A DNA stretch of 64,000 nucleotides from Eledone cirrhosa (taxonomy: Eukaryota), in contig OZ024757.1 in the NCBI GenBank assembly GCA_964016885.1, forward strand, positions 19,964,001 to 20,028,000, read 5' to 3'. The stretch's first letter is position 1; the number at the start of each line of letters is the position of its first letter. The position numbers and the translations under genes are program-made. Under the pieces are notes generated by a model that searched no databases, was not told where the DNA came from, and saw only the letters and a program-made list of their open reading frames with translations. Shown in pieces: positions 1 to 12,157 of the stretch.

Positions 1-47
1 TCTCTGAGTCACGCCGCTTATATAATATATAATATATATATAATATA

Positions 48-180
48 TCATCATCACCGTTTTACGTCCGTTCTTCCACGCTAGCATGGGTTAGACGGGT
101 TGTTCTGTCGTGGGCAGTGTCTGGTCGGCTGACCATGCCTTGCTCATACAGGAACTGATTTGGCTCATACAGGAACTGAT
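48..180 (-). mobile_element. 3' tail fragment of the RTE-clade LINE
   Basis: Reverse complement of about 8725-8835, including the (GAT)n tail. Confidence 0.8.
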
Positions 181-200
181 ATATATATAATATATATAAT

Positions 201-549
201 ATCATCATCATCATCATTTCATTTTACGTCCGCTTTTTCCCTGCTTGCAAGGGTGGGACAGGAACTGATTCTGGCTTGATTTCTACAGCTGGATGCCCTT
301 CCTAACACCAACCTCATTTACAGTGAGTGCTGGGTGCTTTTTTTTTGCCGTGGCACCTCCACGGCCACTTTGCAGTGGAATGATAGGGACCCCAGTCCCT
401 ATCATCTCATTTCTACAGCTGAGTATACTGGAGCAATGTGAAATAAAGTGTCTTGCTCAAGGAAGCAACACATCACCCGGTCTGAGAATTGAACTCACAA
501 CCTTTCGATTGTAAGGCCAATGCTCTAACCACTAAGCCATGTGCCTCCA
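201..549 (-). mobile_element. tRNA-derived SINE with CORE-like middle and RTE-derived tail
   Basis: The minus strand starts ggaggcacatggcttagtggttagagc (A box), then gagttcaattct (B box), ccttgagcaagacacttt (CORE-like), a tail shared with the RTE 3'UTR, and (GAT)n. Confidence 0.8.
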
Positions 550-564
550 TGGCTCCAATAATAT

Positions 565-935
565 AGAAGACAACCCCACACCCTCATACACACAAAACAG
601 ACCCTGCCACACATACACACACACAAAAGACACCCCCACACCCCTACACACAGAACAGACCCTGCCACACCACACACACCCCCACACAGAACAGACCCTG
701 CCACATACACACACAAGACAACCCCACACCTCCATACACACAGAACAGACCCTGCCACACATACACACACAGAACAGACCCCCTCCACACACACAGAACA
801 GACCCACACACACACAGAAAAGACCCCCCCCCCCACACACACACACACAGAACAGACCCTGCCACACATACACACACACAGAACAGACCCTGCCACACAC
901 ACACACAGAAGACACCCCCCCCCCCACACACACAC
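565..935. repeat. CA-interspersed minisatellite (cagaacagaccctgccacac core)
   Basis: The core recurs many times, separated by variable (CA)n. Confidence 0.75.
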
Positions 936-1302
936 ACAGAATAGACACCACCACCACCACCACCCACCCCACAAGGCACACAGAAAAAAACCTCTCCACC
1001 ACAAGACATACAGAAAGACAGCTCCCACCGCCCCGAGACATTCAGTCACGTTAAAACTCCTAATGGCTGGATTGTGCAATAAAAACAACATTGACAGAAT
1101 TTCGTTCTCACCAAAGTACAAAAGAAATCGATATAAAAAATTATAAATATATATATGTAATATATAAGTAGAAGTTGTATTTAATTTGTTGGAAGTCCGA
1201 CAAACACAAATGTTTGTAACTGATATAGAGCACTCAACAGTTTACTGGAGTAAGTATTCCGAGATATTAATAAATGGAAACTATATTTATAAAACCATAT
1301 TT

Positions 1303-1365
1303 ATTTTATTATATATATTTCAAGGGCGACCAAACCAATCTTGGTGCGCTTTCATCAGATAAAAT
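1303..1365 (-). ncRNA. Minimal type I hammerhead ribozyme (Penelope-like)
   Basis: attttat-CTGATGA-[aag..accaag..ttggt..ctt stem II]-GAAA-T-ATAT-A-TA^-ataaaat. Stem I (attttat/ataaaat) is fully complementary. Confidence 0.7.
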
Positions 1366-1462
1366 ACAAAATTTGTTTTATAAATAACGACATACTATCC
1401 AGCGAATTTCCGACCGTTAAGGTTGATTTCCATGGGTATGTCATTTATAAAACAAATTTTGT

Positions 1463-1525
1463 ATTTCATCTGATGAAAGCACACCAAGATTGGCTTGGTC
1501 GCCCTTGAAATATATATAATAAAAT
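1463..1525 (+). ncRNA. Minimal type I hammerhead ribozyme (inverted partner of 1303-1365)
   Basis: CTGATGA at 1470, stem II accaag/cttggt, GAAA at 1507, then TATATATA and ataaaat pairing with atttcat (one mismatch). Confidence 0.65.
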
Positions 1526-1596
1526 AAATATGGTTTTATAAATATAGTTTTCATTTATTAATATCTTGGTATATATAATATATATATATATATTGT

Positions 1597-1946
1597 CATC
1601 ATCATCATTTTACGTCCGCTTTTCCCTGCTTGCAAGGGTGGGACGGGAACTGATTCTGGCTTGATTTCTACAGCCGGATGCCCTTCCTAACACCAACCTC
1701 ATTTACAGTGAGTCCTGGGTGCTTTTACAGTGTGGGCTGGGTACTTTTTTGCCGTGGCACGTCCATGACCACTTTGCAGTGGAATGATAGGGACCCCAGT
1801 CTTTATCATCTCATTTCTACAGCTGAGTAAACTGGAGCAATGTGAAATAAAGTGTCTTGCTCAAGGAAACAACACAACACCCGGTCTGAGAATTGAACTC
1901 ACAACCTTTCGATTTCAAGGCCAATGCTCTAACCACTAAGCCATGT
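1597..1946 (-). mobile_element. Second copy of the CORE-like/RTE-tail SINE
   Basis: Closely similar to 201-549. Confidence 0.8.
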
Positions 1947-1978
1947 ATATATATCTATATGTAGGTATATATATATGT

Positions 1979-2059
<81 letters not shown>

Positions 2060-2734
2060 TATACATAGCCATACTAAGAGTGGGAAATGAAATTTCGTTT
2101 CATTTTTTCCGTTTATCGTTTTCGGTGCACCCGGCCGATTAACCCACTCGATATGCAAATTGGGCTACTCAGCCGTTAATATGCATAAGGTAAGTATATA
2201 CGTTCAACAATTTGGCAGGAAGATATACGTTGCTGACGATAGCTAATAAGCTTGAAACTAGTACAGCGTTCCTTTGTCAGTGTTGAACAAACGAGCAACG
2301 ATGGTTGCTGGACACTACGGCTTAATACGGGATGTTTGTTTACAAACAGACCGAGCATTATAATAAATGTTCGGTGAATCCATACGTACATATATATTTA
2401 AGTAACAGCCATACTAAGAGTGTGAAATGAAATTTCGTTTCATTGTTTCCGTTTATAATAATAATATTTATACTTATATATACACTATATACAACTATAA
2501 ACAGAAAAGGTCAGTCATTCATTACTACCTTATTACCAGTAAGATAAATAGCTCAATGTAAATACATGAGATGTTTTACAGAGCCAGATATATATATATA
2601 CACACATCATCATATACACACACATATATATACACATCATCATCATATACACACATATATACACACACATATATACATACACACACACACATATATATAC
2701 ACACATATATACATATACACACATATATACATAT

Positions 2735-2765
<31 letters not shown>

Positions 2766-3140
2766 CATATATCAAATATCAAGTAACCAAACCAATCTGA
2801 GAGATAAGTGATTAGTTAAGATATAAATCTAAACTATAATAATATATGTAATCAAACATTTGTTGTTTTCTGACATTTAATTCATACATATACATATATA
2901 CATATTTGCAAGAGATGTCAACATGAATGGACCTGTTATTTTTATCTAAAGACATTTTTTTCAATTCCATCCCGCCTGTCCCCTCAATCTATTTTATTTC
3001 TCATTCTTTCTTCTGATGAAGGACTAGCGTTAAGACCCTCTTCCTGCTATATCAAGTGTTAACCTAATATATTCCTTCCATATACTGTACCGATTGTGTT
3101 GTTATTTCTGTTTACCTTTTATGTACACATATATATATAT

Positions 3141-3650
3141 GGTGGCTGCCAACTCGTTTTCGAGTACGGCCACTACTTTATATCCATGTAGGAGAACCCC
3201 TACCGATGCGCTGAACAAGTGTGACTTTTTAGTCCAGCCAGCGACTTGAAAACTCTGGTACAAACACTACACCTGTGACAATTATTGACACATAGTGCTG
3301 GGCCCATGGTACCATGTGACGACAAGTGCAGAGAGATCTCCAGATATAAAGCAATGCCTGTGCTGTGAAGCTTTTATAGTGAGCAAAGGCACTGCACAAA
3401 GCTAGTCCCACTCTCTTAGCCAAGATGATATTTACCAAAAAGAAGAACAAGTCAACATCATTGGATACCATCAGGGTTGCAGGTGTTATATCAGAGTTTT
3501 CCTTCTCCTAGAATTCTGCCTTGACAAAGGCTAAGGGGTCATCTCTCCCGGTGATTTTGGATGGCCATTGACTCTTAAGAGCTCCTTTGACCTTTGACAG
3601 GTTTTGTTTTTAGTCCTGCAGGATGTCCAAAGTCACCCTCCTCACCATAC
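3141..3650. repeat. Dispersed repeat, possibly a LINE 5' region (second copy 32661-32978, partial duplicate 3787-3834)
   Basis: About 320 bp are shared with 32661-32978. The class assignment is uncertain. Confidence 0.55.
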
Positions 3651-3847
3651 ATGCATATATACACACACACACAAACATATATATATATATATATATATAT
3701 ATGTTAAGTATTTCCATAGAAAAGGTAGAGGAAAGAAGAGTGCTCCATGTATAGTACAGAGCTATTTAATTACATAATAAACAACACAAAAGAAGAACAA
3801 GTCGACATCATTGGATACCATCAGGGTTGCAGGTATAGATGTATGTA

Positions 3848-3896
<49 letters not shown>

Positions 3897-3897
3897 A

Positions 3898-3941
<44 letters not shown>

Positions 3942-3997
3942 TACATACATCTATACATATATACATACATCTATACATATATACATATACTATAGAG

Positions 3998-4360
3998 CAG
4001 GCATGTCAAACATGCAGCTCTTTACAATCACACATGTGGCCCACATGAAGGTTTTTATAGCTCAAGCATGTTTTACCTTTGTAATATAAAATTTAAAAAA
4101 TTAGTTGTGATGTGCGCAATTAGTTGTCATGTGTGGCCTTCAGACAACACATCTGTGACCCATGTGGCCTTCAGACAACACATCTGTGACCCATGTGGCC
4201 TTCAGACAGCACATCTGTGACCCATGTGACCCTCGGCGTCACCTCAGTTTGACATGCCTGTCATAAAGCATTTCCGGTCAGAGGAAGGGCCTGTAATGTG
4301 CACAATTAGTTGTCGTGTGTGGCCCTCAAACAACACGTGACCCTCAGTTTGACATGCCTG
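3998..4360. mobile_element. Non-autonomous hAT (Charlie-like) element
   Basis: TIRs CAGGCATGTCAAAC / GTTTGACATGCCTG; 8-bp TSD ctatagag/ctataaag; short internal tandem repeats; right end duplicated at 4247-4260. Confidence 0.75.
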
Positions 4361-4369
4361 CTATAAAGC

Positions 4370-4510
4370 ATTTGAAGTCAGAGGAAGGGTCCGTAAAAGT
4401 GGTTGACAGCTTCTGCTATCTAGGTGACTTAATTAGGAGCGGAGGTGGGTCCTCTGAGAGCATTATAGCTAGAATAAGGACAGGATGGGATGGGATGGGA
4501 AAGTTCAACA
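4370..4510 (+). mobile_element. RTE LINE RT fragment
   Basis: EEGSVKVVDSFCYLGDLIRSGGGSSESIIARIRTGW, homologous to the 7614-8543 ORF. Confidence 0.7.
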
Positions 4511-4599
4511 TTTACAGAGTGGACAGGGTGCTTTTTGTTGTGTCGTTGACAGTAGACAGAAATGGGAGGATGTGGTAGAGTGTGCGGGGTGGAGTGTAT

Positions 4600-5000
4600 A
4601 TTGGCCCTCTTTAGAACTTGTTACATAGCCCTGCCAGCAAATGCAAAAGCACCACTGACTGAATCTTTCCAGTAACTTGATCTGCTTCTGGTACAGGACC
4701 CAGCTTTCAGCTCCGTGGAGAAGGGTAGTGACTACAACAGCTCTGTAGAGGTGGGTAGTGACTACAACAGCTCTGTAGAGGTGGGTAGTGACTACAACAG
4801 CTCTGTAGAGGTGGGTAGTGACTACAACAGCTCTGTAGAGAAGGGTAGTGACTACAACAGCTCTGTAGAGAAGGGTAGTGACTACAACAGCTCTGTAGAG
4901 GAGGGTAGTGACTACAAAAGCTCTGTAGAGGTGGGTAGTGACTACAACAGCTCTGTAGAGGAGGGTAGTGACTACAAAAGCTCTGTAGAGGTGGGTAGTC
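4600..5000 (-). mobile_element. RTE fragment with a 30-bp tandem array (about 9 copies, 4716-5000)
   Basis: The unit encodes YRAVVVTTLL and runs into HGAESWVLYQKQIKLLERF, matching the RTE motif YRAVVLTTLLYGAESW. Confidence 0.8.
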
Positions 5001-5002
5001 CA

Positions 5003-5258
5003 AAATAAATGAGGTCGTGTAGGTGTCACGACAAAAAAACACAGTCCACGCTGTAATGTGGTAGTGTAGGTAACACGGTAAAAACCTCCCAGTCCACACT
5101 GTAAATGTGGTTGGTGTTAGGAAGGGCATCCAGCCGTAGAAAACCCGCCAGACAGTCCTATACGAGCAGGACAACAAATCTTGCCTCAAGTGGGAAAACT
5201 CCCGTCCAAACCCATGCTGGAAGATGGACGTTTAAACAATGATGATGATGATGATGAT
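5003..5258 (+). mobile_element. RTE 3'-tail element (similar copies 10607-10895 +, 43338-43600 -)
   Basis: ggttggtgttaggaagggcatccagc...gacgtttaaac(gat)n tail. Confidence 0.75.
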
Positions 5259-5571
5259 ATATACATACATATCTTATCAAAATGTTTTTTTCTCGTCGTT
5301 TCTGTAGCGGTGATAAGTTTTTACGGGGGTAGGGCTGCTAACCCCACGCCCCAACCCTCCTCCTTTCTCAACCGGGCTTGGGACCGGCTAAGGCGGTGTA
5401 TACATACATATATATACATACATACATATACACATCATTTTACGATGATGATGATGTGTATATGTATGTATATATATATATATATATATATGTGTGTATA
5501 TGTATGTATGTATATATATATGTATGGATCTTAACCATCTACTATGTCAGGGTATGTCATGCATCATCTTA

Positions 5572-5634
5572 TCTTATCTGATGAGGACGTACTGTTGAAG
5601 TTAGCTCAGTACCTCTGAAATATGTATAATAAAT
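5572..5634 (+). ncRNA. Minimal type I hammerhead ribozyme
   Basis: ttat-CTGATGA-ggacgtactg..cagtacctct-GAAA-TATGTATA^-ataa. Confidence 0.6.
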
Positions 5635-6048
5635 TATACTTGATCACAAGAAGTTCTATTTTTGTTAATATTTTGAATTAATATATATATATAGAGTAGA
5701 GAGTTTAACACATCAGTGACTTTAGCCTACAAGGGTAATGACGTGTAAATGTAAATGGTGGTAGGGAGAGAGTGTAGACGTTATAGTGGTGGCGCGGGGG
5801 GGGGGGGGGGGGTAGTGAGATGTATCTAGTTCATTTGTCCGTTTTCTTCTCTTTGCAAAATTTGAATTTTAGCCATGTTATATTGAGATGTAAGTAAATG
5901 TAAAATATAAATAAGGATTGCTCTCACAAAATATATGAAAATATTTGTGTAACTTCCACAAACTTCTGTCATGATATTCTCGAGTCCAGTGAGCAAAAAT
6001 TTGTTGTATTCAATTATTAATTAAAAACTTACCCCACGAAAAGACAGC

Positions 6049-6945
6049 GTGTGTTGCCCTATCTATAAGCTCCCTATGTCTCGAGACATATGCAAGAAGA
6101 TAAAGGTAAAGGTGTACAAGGCATGTGTGCTCTCTTCTCTTCTTTATGCCTGCGAGACCTGGGTCACATATCGACACCACCTTAAGCAATTGGAGCATTT
6201 CCATCAGATGTGTCTCAGACGGATCCATGGCGTTCACTGGAGGGACCACATCAGTGATGTCGAAATTTTGGAAAGCTCTCTGCGTGACAGTATAGAAGCT
6301 CTTGTGCTTAAGCAACGACTCCATTGGAGTAGTTATCTTGCCAGGATGAAGGATTCTAGAATACCAAAACAACTCTTTTATGGAGAGTTAGTTAAAGGAA
6401 AACGACCGCCACATAAACCAAAAAAGAGGTATAAGGATTCCTTGAAAGCCTCTTTGAAAGACGCTAACATCTCTGCTGATACATGGGGAAATGTTGCTGC
6501 TGATCGTAATAAATGGAGAAAGACTGTAAATGAGGGAAAAGTTGCCTTTGAGGCATCTCGAATCGCATACGAGAAAGTAAAGCGGGATGTGAGGAAGGGC
6601 ATTGCTGTTGCACTTCCAGACGGCGAAGGTCCTCCTATGGCGCTGACATGCAGCGTCTGTGCAAGACTCTGCCTAAGCAAAGCTGGACTTGAAAGTCATC
6701 TTCGCAGTCATAAAGTAAGACCAGTGGTTGACTACCAGGCTGCTGTTGGAGATGCTACTCATCATGCTTGCCAAACATGTGGTAGAGAATGTAAATCAGC
6801 AGGAGGGCTCAAGCTACATGCAAAAGTACATGAACTCCAACCACAGCCGGCTATTCCCAGTGAATGTTTTGGTTGCCAACTCTGTGCAAGACATTTTAGA
6901 TCATTGGCTGGGCTAAAAAGCCACATTCGATCGCAGTACTGTTAA
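6049..6945 (+). mobile_element. 5'-truncated RTE-clade LINE ORF with three C-terminal C2H2-type zinc fingers
   Basis: KVYKACVLSSLLYACETW, RMKDSRIPKQLFYGEL and DRNKWR motifs, followed by CSVC..HLRSH, CQTC..HAKVH and CQLC..HIRSQ. The frame is uninterrupted. Confidence 0.85.
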
Positions 6946-7323
6946 TTGCTATCGTGTGTGTGTGTGTGTGTAGATATGTTTATGTGTGTGCGTGTGTGTG
7001 TGTAATTATATATATATATATGTATATTATTATTGTTGTTGTTGTCATTATTGTTGTTATTATGGGTTTTATTTTTTTCTCGTGCAATGGCCATACTCGA
7101 TAACGAGGGGGCAGCCATCATCATCATATATATATTTGTGTGTGTGTGTGTGTATATATATATGTATCTATATGTATATATATACATATAGATATTTACA
7201 TATATACACACACATCTATACATATACATTCATACACACACACATGTATACATATATATACATAGATATTTACATATATACACACATGTATACATAAATA
7301 CATACATAGATATTTACTTATAT

Positions 7324-7374
<51 letters not shown>

Positions 7375-7435
7375 TACACACACATATATACACATATATA
7401 CACACATATATACACATATATATATACACACACAC

Positions 7436-8845
7436 AGTTAGGATTGGCAATGAGTATAGCGAGGAATTTAGCGTACAGGTTGGGGTCCACCAGGGCTCTG
7501 TTCTTAGCCCTCTCCTGTTCATCATAGTCCTGCAGGCAATAACGGAGGAGTTTAAGACCGGATGCCCATGGGAACTCCTGTATGCTGATGACCTCGCACT
7601 CATAGCTGAATCTATGGTAGAACTAGAGAATAAATTCCAAACCTGGAAGCAGGGACTAGAGAGAAAGGGCCTCAAAGTCAACATGACAAAGACTAAGGTC
7701 CTTATAAGTAGACGAGAAAACAGAACCCAGATCCCCTCAGGGAAATGGCCTTGCTCAGTATGTAGGAAAGGTGTAGGTAGGAACTCCATTCTTTGCCCCA
7801 AATGCAAACAATGGGTACACAAGAGATGTAGCGGGATCTCAGGAAGCTTAATTAAGAATGTAGGATTCACATGCAGCAGCTGTGCTGAAACAGCAAGCAA
7901 ACAGCCACAGGAAACAAGTACCACCAATCTCTGGGAGGGCCCTGTAGAAACAGTAGACAGCTTCTGCTACCTAGGTGACCGAATTAGCAACGGAGGTGGG
8001 TGCTCAGAAAGTACAATAACTAGGGTAAGAACGGGATGGAAGAAGTTTAGGGAACTACTACCACTGCTAGCTGCAAAAGGCTTCTCCCTCAGAATGAAAG
8101 GCAGACTGTATGATGCGTGTATCCGAACAGCGATGTTGCATGGTAGTGAGACCTGGGCGCTGAAGGTGGAAGACTTACGTAGATTAGAGAGAAACGAAGC
8201 CTGCATGCTCCGATGGATGTGTAACAGTAATATACGTGAACGACAAAGCATAAATGAATTGAGAGAGAGACTGAGCATAAGAGGAATCAAATGCTGCGTG
8301 CAGGAGAGGCGGTTACGCTGGTATGGACATGTGATGCGTATGAAGGATGACAGCTGCATAAAAAGGTGCAGAGCACTAGAAGTTGATGGAAACCGCGGAG
8401 TGGGGAGACCCAAGATGACTTGGGATGAGGTGATAAAAGCCGACCTTACCCAACTACACCTCTCAAAGTCAATGACACACGACCGTGACTTCTGGCGTCA
8501 CGCAGTAATACAGGGTACCCGACCTCCCATGGGTACATGCTGAAGCATATAAACAATATGCCCCCCCCCCCCCACCGCAAGGTGGTCGTGGAGGTGCCAC
8601 GGCAAAAAAGCACCCAGCCCACACTGTAAAGTGGACGTGTAGGCGCCACGAAAAAGCACCCAGCACTCACTGTAAATGAGGTTGGTGTTAGGAAGGGCAT
8701 CCAGCTGTAGAAATCAAGCCAGATCAGTTCCTGTATGAGCAAGGCATGGTCAGCCGACCAGACACTGCCCACAACAGGACAACCCGTCTAACCCATGCTA
8801 GCGTGGAAGAACGGACGTAAAACGGTGATGATGATGATGATGATG
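7436..8845 (+). mobile_element. 5'-truncated RTE-clade LINE, young subfamily
   Basis: GVHQGSVLSPLLF, LLYADD, a Cys-rich PHD-like insert (CSVC..CPKCKQWVHKRC), LHGSETW and RLRWYGHV motifs, then a 3'UTR and (GAT)n tail. Confidence 0.92.
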
Positions 8846-8917
8846 ACACATACACACACATATACACACACACATATATACACACACATATACACACATA
8901 TACACACACACACATAT

Positions 8918-9004
<87 letters not shown>

Positions 9005-9299
9005 TTTCAAGTGAAGGTTTCTTTTGGTACAGAAAAAAAAAACTTGAGAAGGAAGAAATGAGGTGAGGGGTGGGAGGTCAAACCAAGTTGATTACAGAGG
9101 GGTACGCATAGGGAGGGGGAGAGACAAGCTCTGTATGTCTGCGGGGGGGGGGGGGGTGACAAGCTTAGTTTGTCTGTGTGTAGATAGGAGACAAGCTCTG
9201 TGTATGTATGTGTGGGGGGGAGACGAGTTGTGTAGGTATGGGGGGGGTAGACGAACTATGTGTGTGTGAATGAGGACGATGTGTGTGCGAATAAAGATG

Positions 9300-9572
9300 A
9301 GCTCCCTGTGTGTGTGTGTGTGAATGGGGACTAGCTCCCTGTGTGTGAATGGGGACTAGCTCCCTGTGTGTGTGTGTGTGTGTGAATGGGGACTAGCTCC
9401 CTGTGTGTGTGTGTGTGTGTGTGTGAATGGGGACTAGTTCCCTGTGTGTGTGTGGATGGGGACAAGCTGTGTGTGTGTGAATGGGGACAAGCTGTGTGTG
9501 TGTGTGAATGGGGACGAGCTCCTTGTGTGTGTGGATGGGGACAAGCTGTGTGTGTGTGTGAATGGGGACAAG

Positions 9573-9618
<46 letters not shown>

Positions 9619-9700
9619 ATGGGGACGAGCTCACTGTGTATGTGGGTGTGGATGGGGACAAGGTGTGTGTGAATGGGGACAGGGTGTGTGTGTGTGTGTG
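9300..9700. repeat. GT-interspersed minisatellite (gaatggggacaagct core)
   Basis: The core recurs, separated by (GT)n. Confidence 0.8.
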
Positions 9701-10119
9701 TATTAAGTGTGGGGAAGAGGGATTGTGTGTGGGGGGAGGGTATTAAAGGTGAGGGAGGAGCTAACGGATGTTTAAACAGGAGACCCAAATCTTTTATTTA
9801 TTTAAGAGACCATCTACACAGAGACCCCATATAAATTTATTTTTGCTACCATAATAGGCAAGGGCTGCCAACGAAACGAAATCAATCTGCCCCTGTAAGT
9901 ATGTCACCTACCCTTTCTACGAGAGTGGGGTGGGATATATATATATATATACATATATATACACACACACACGTTACAGACCCTTGACTTTCTCAGTGAA
10001 TCGAGGGAGTTGGGGCGTATTGACATATGGCATTTCTTAGGGCATTTTAAAAACTGGCAGAGCCCAGCACCTCTCCAGGTCTGGGTACGACAGATTTATT
10101 CCAGAGAGAGAGTGATGGA

Positions 10120-10150
<31 letters not shown>

Positions 10151-10421
10151 CACATTATGAACCCTTAACTTCTCAGTGAGTCGAAAGAGAGTTGCTGTAT
10201 TGACATATGGTATTTCTTAGGGCTTTTCACACAATGATCGCGTCTCGAGCTGTCTGCCGGCGAAACCATTGTAACACACAATAAATTGAGTTCAGATGCA
10301 TCACTGATTTTTCGTTTTCTATTATATATATATGTATAGTGAAGAAACATAAGTCAATTATATATATATATAACCCTTTTGTACAGGCGACCACGTTACT
10401 CTTCATTCTTTTACTACATAT

Positions 10422-10529
10422 ATATAAGGAAAAAAGATGAAATCGAAAATGCAACTGGAGTCTTTTTTTTTTTAAATATATTTAAAAAAAGACTCCAGTT
10501 GTATTTTCAATTTCATCTTTTTTCCTTAT
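10422..10529. repeat. Palindrome, about 108 bp
   Basis: ataaggaaaaaagatgaaat..caactggagtcttttt / aaaaagactccagttg..atttcatcttttttccttat. Confidence 0.75.
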
Positions 10530-10951
10530 ACTTTCACTCGTGTAGGACACCGGTTTTTTTTTTCATTTTGTAAAAAGAACCTCACTTTCTAATATATATA
10601 TATAAAGTTATGTTGGTGCCACAACATCCAGGCCGAAACAAATGAGATCGTGTAGGTGTCACGACAAAAAAAACACACAGTCCACGCTGTAATGTGGCCG
10701 TGTAGGCAACACGGTAAAAACCTCCCAGCCCCACACTGTAAATGTGGTTGGTGTTAGGAAGGGCATCCAGCTGTAGAAAACCCGCCAGACAGTCCTATGC
10801 AAGCAATGACAACCACTCTTGCCTCAAGTGGGAAAACTCCCGTCCAAACCCATGCAAGCGTGGAACATGGACGTTAAACGATGATGATGATGATATATAT
10901 ATATATAAATTCAAATATTAACACAATAGATATTCTTGTGATGAATTAAAT

Positions 10952-11012
10952 TTTATTATACATATTTCAGAGGTACTTGAATCAAGTTCAACAGTACGTC
11001 CTCATCAGATAA
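10952..11012 (-). ncRNA. Minimal type I hammerhead ribozyme, same family as 5572-5634
   Basis: Reverse complement: ttat-CTGATGA-ggacgtactgttgaacttgattcaagtacctct-GAAA-TATGTATA^-ataa. It lies in the inverted repeat 10908-11095. Confidence 0.6.
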
Positions 11013-11187
11013 CGTATAGTTGAACTTGATTCAAATACCTCTGAAATAAAATTTAATTTATCACAACAATATCTATTTTGTTAATATTTGAATTAATATT
11101 AATAACTCTGGAAAATATTTCTTGTAGAGTGCTTCCAATCTACTGTAAAACTCATTCTTTGATGTACTCATTGAATCTTGTTTAACT

Positions 11188-11242
<55 letters not shown>

Positions 11243-11293
11243 ATTAAGTCAAATATGTAAAATTTGGCTTCGTTTATTATAAATTATAGATAT

Positions 11294-11348
11294 ACTGCTA
11301 TATATATTTCGGTGACAGCCATCATTGGCTGTGACCTCTTCAGGCAGT
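11294..11348 (-). ncRNA. Minimal type I hammerhead ribozyme (cleanest copy)
   Basis: Reverse complement: ACTGC-CTGAAGA-ggtcacagcca-atga-tggctgtcacc-GAAA-T-ATAT-A-TA^-GCAGT. It has a perfect 5-bp stem I, an 11-bp stem II with one mismatch and a palindromic loop III. Confidence 0.78.
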
Positions 11349-11488
11349 CCGAATTGGTGTGGGAAAGACAGGTACACATGTTGTTGAAGTGTGCTTTACT
11401 CCGTCAATACATCAATATGTCCAGCTCCTGGTTGTGTTGTTATTTCTCTGACTGAGGTGTCGGTAAACAACCAACATATACTAAAAAA

Positions 11489-11543
<55 letters not shown>

Positions 11544-11544
11544 T

Positions 11545-11850
11545 AGATTTCTTTATTAGCCACAAGGGCGCAACAAGAAAAGGGGACAATACAAAGACAT
11601 GCCGGGGATTTTACATACAGTCGTGTAAAAAATATAAAAACAAACAATTTCAACAATCGAAATCCCCAATAGGGGGGAGGCGCCACAAATGGGTTGTTTA
11701 ATACCCCGTCGATAGAACAACCCTCAACTCCAGGAGCGTGTTGTGCAAGTGCTCCTTTCTTCCTTTTGCTCTCTTCCTCAACCTACAGGCTTATAAACAG
11801 AGCAGGCCCAATCACTCGGGCCATTTTCGCTTCATTCACCCACCTTTCAG
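11545..11850 (-). mobile_element. 3' end of a probable L1/Tx1-like element (related tail 60915-61085 +)
   Basis: ERWVNEAKMARV-like terminus and a tail cccttgtggctaataaagaaa shared with about 61062-61084. The clade call is tentative. Confidence 0.45.
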
Positions 11851-12157
11851 TAATATAGATAGATAGATAAATATACACGGGTGTGTATGATTGTGTATAG
11901 AAGATTATATTAATAAGAGGAATTCCAACTTTGTCTGATTTACTCGTTTTATTTACAATCCTTTAAAATTTATAATCGTATTATAATGAAATAGTATGAT
12001 AGAATATTAAATGTTAAGTGTTAATTGAACAAGTACTTTCATGCTTTCGCAATCTTCAGGTTCATAATGTGTGGTGACAGTCAAGTTTGCAATTTTCAAC
12101 TATATTCACTGTCTCAACTATATATTATAGTTGAGACAGTGAACAGAAAACAAAAAA

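Larger units (their letters stand above)
1259..1569. repeat. Inverted repeat of a Penelope-like terminal repeat (about 310 bp)
   Basis: Arms of about 130 bp are reverse-complementary around a short spacer, and each arm carries a hammerhead. Confidence 0.8.

Noticed and set aside
470-549. tRNA-like sequence
   Set aside because: It is the SINE head, continuous with the SINE body and repeated three times, so it is not a tRNA gene.
10615-10635. Gly-Cys-Cys-Gly-coding sequence on the minus strand as candidate tetraspanin exon 2
   Set aside because: It is part of the RTE-tail repeat (also at about 26530), with no transmembrane-coding context.
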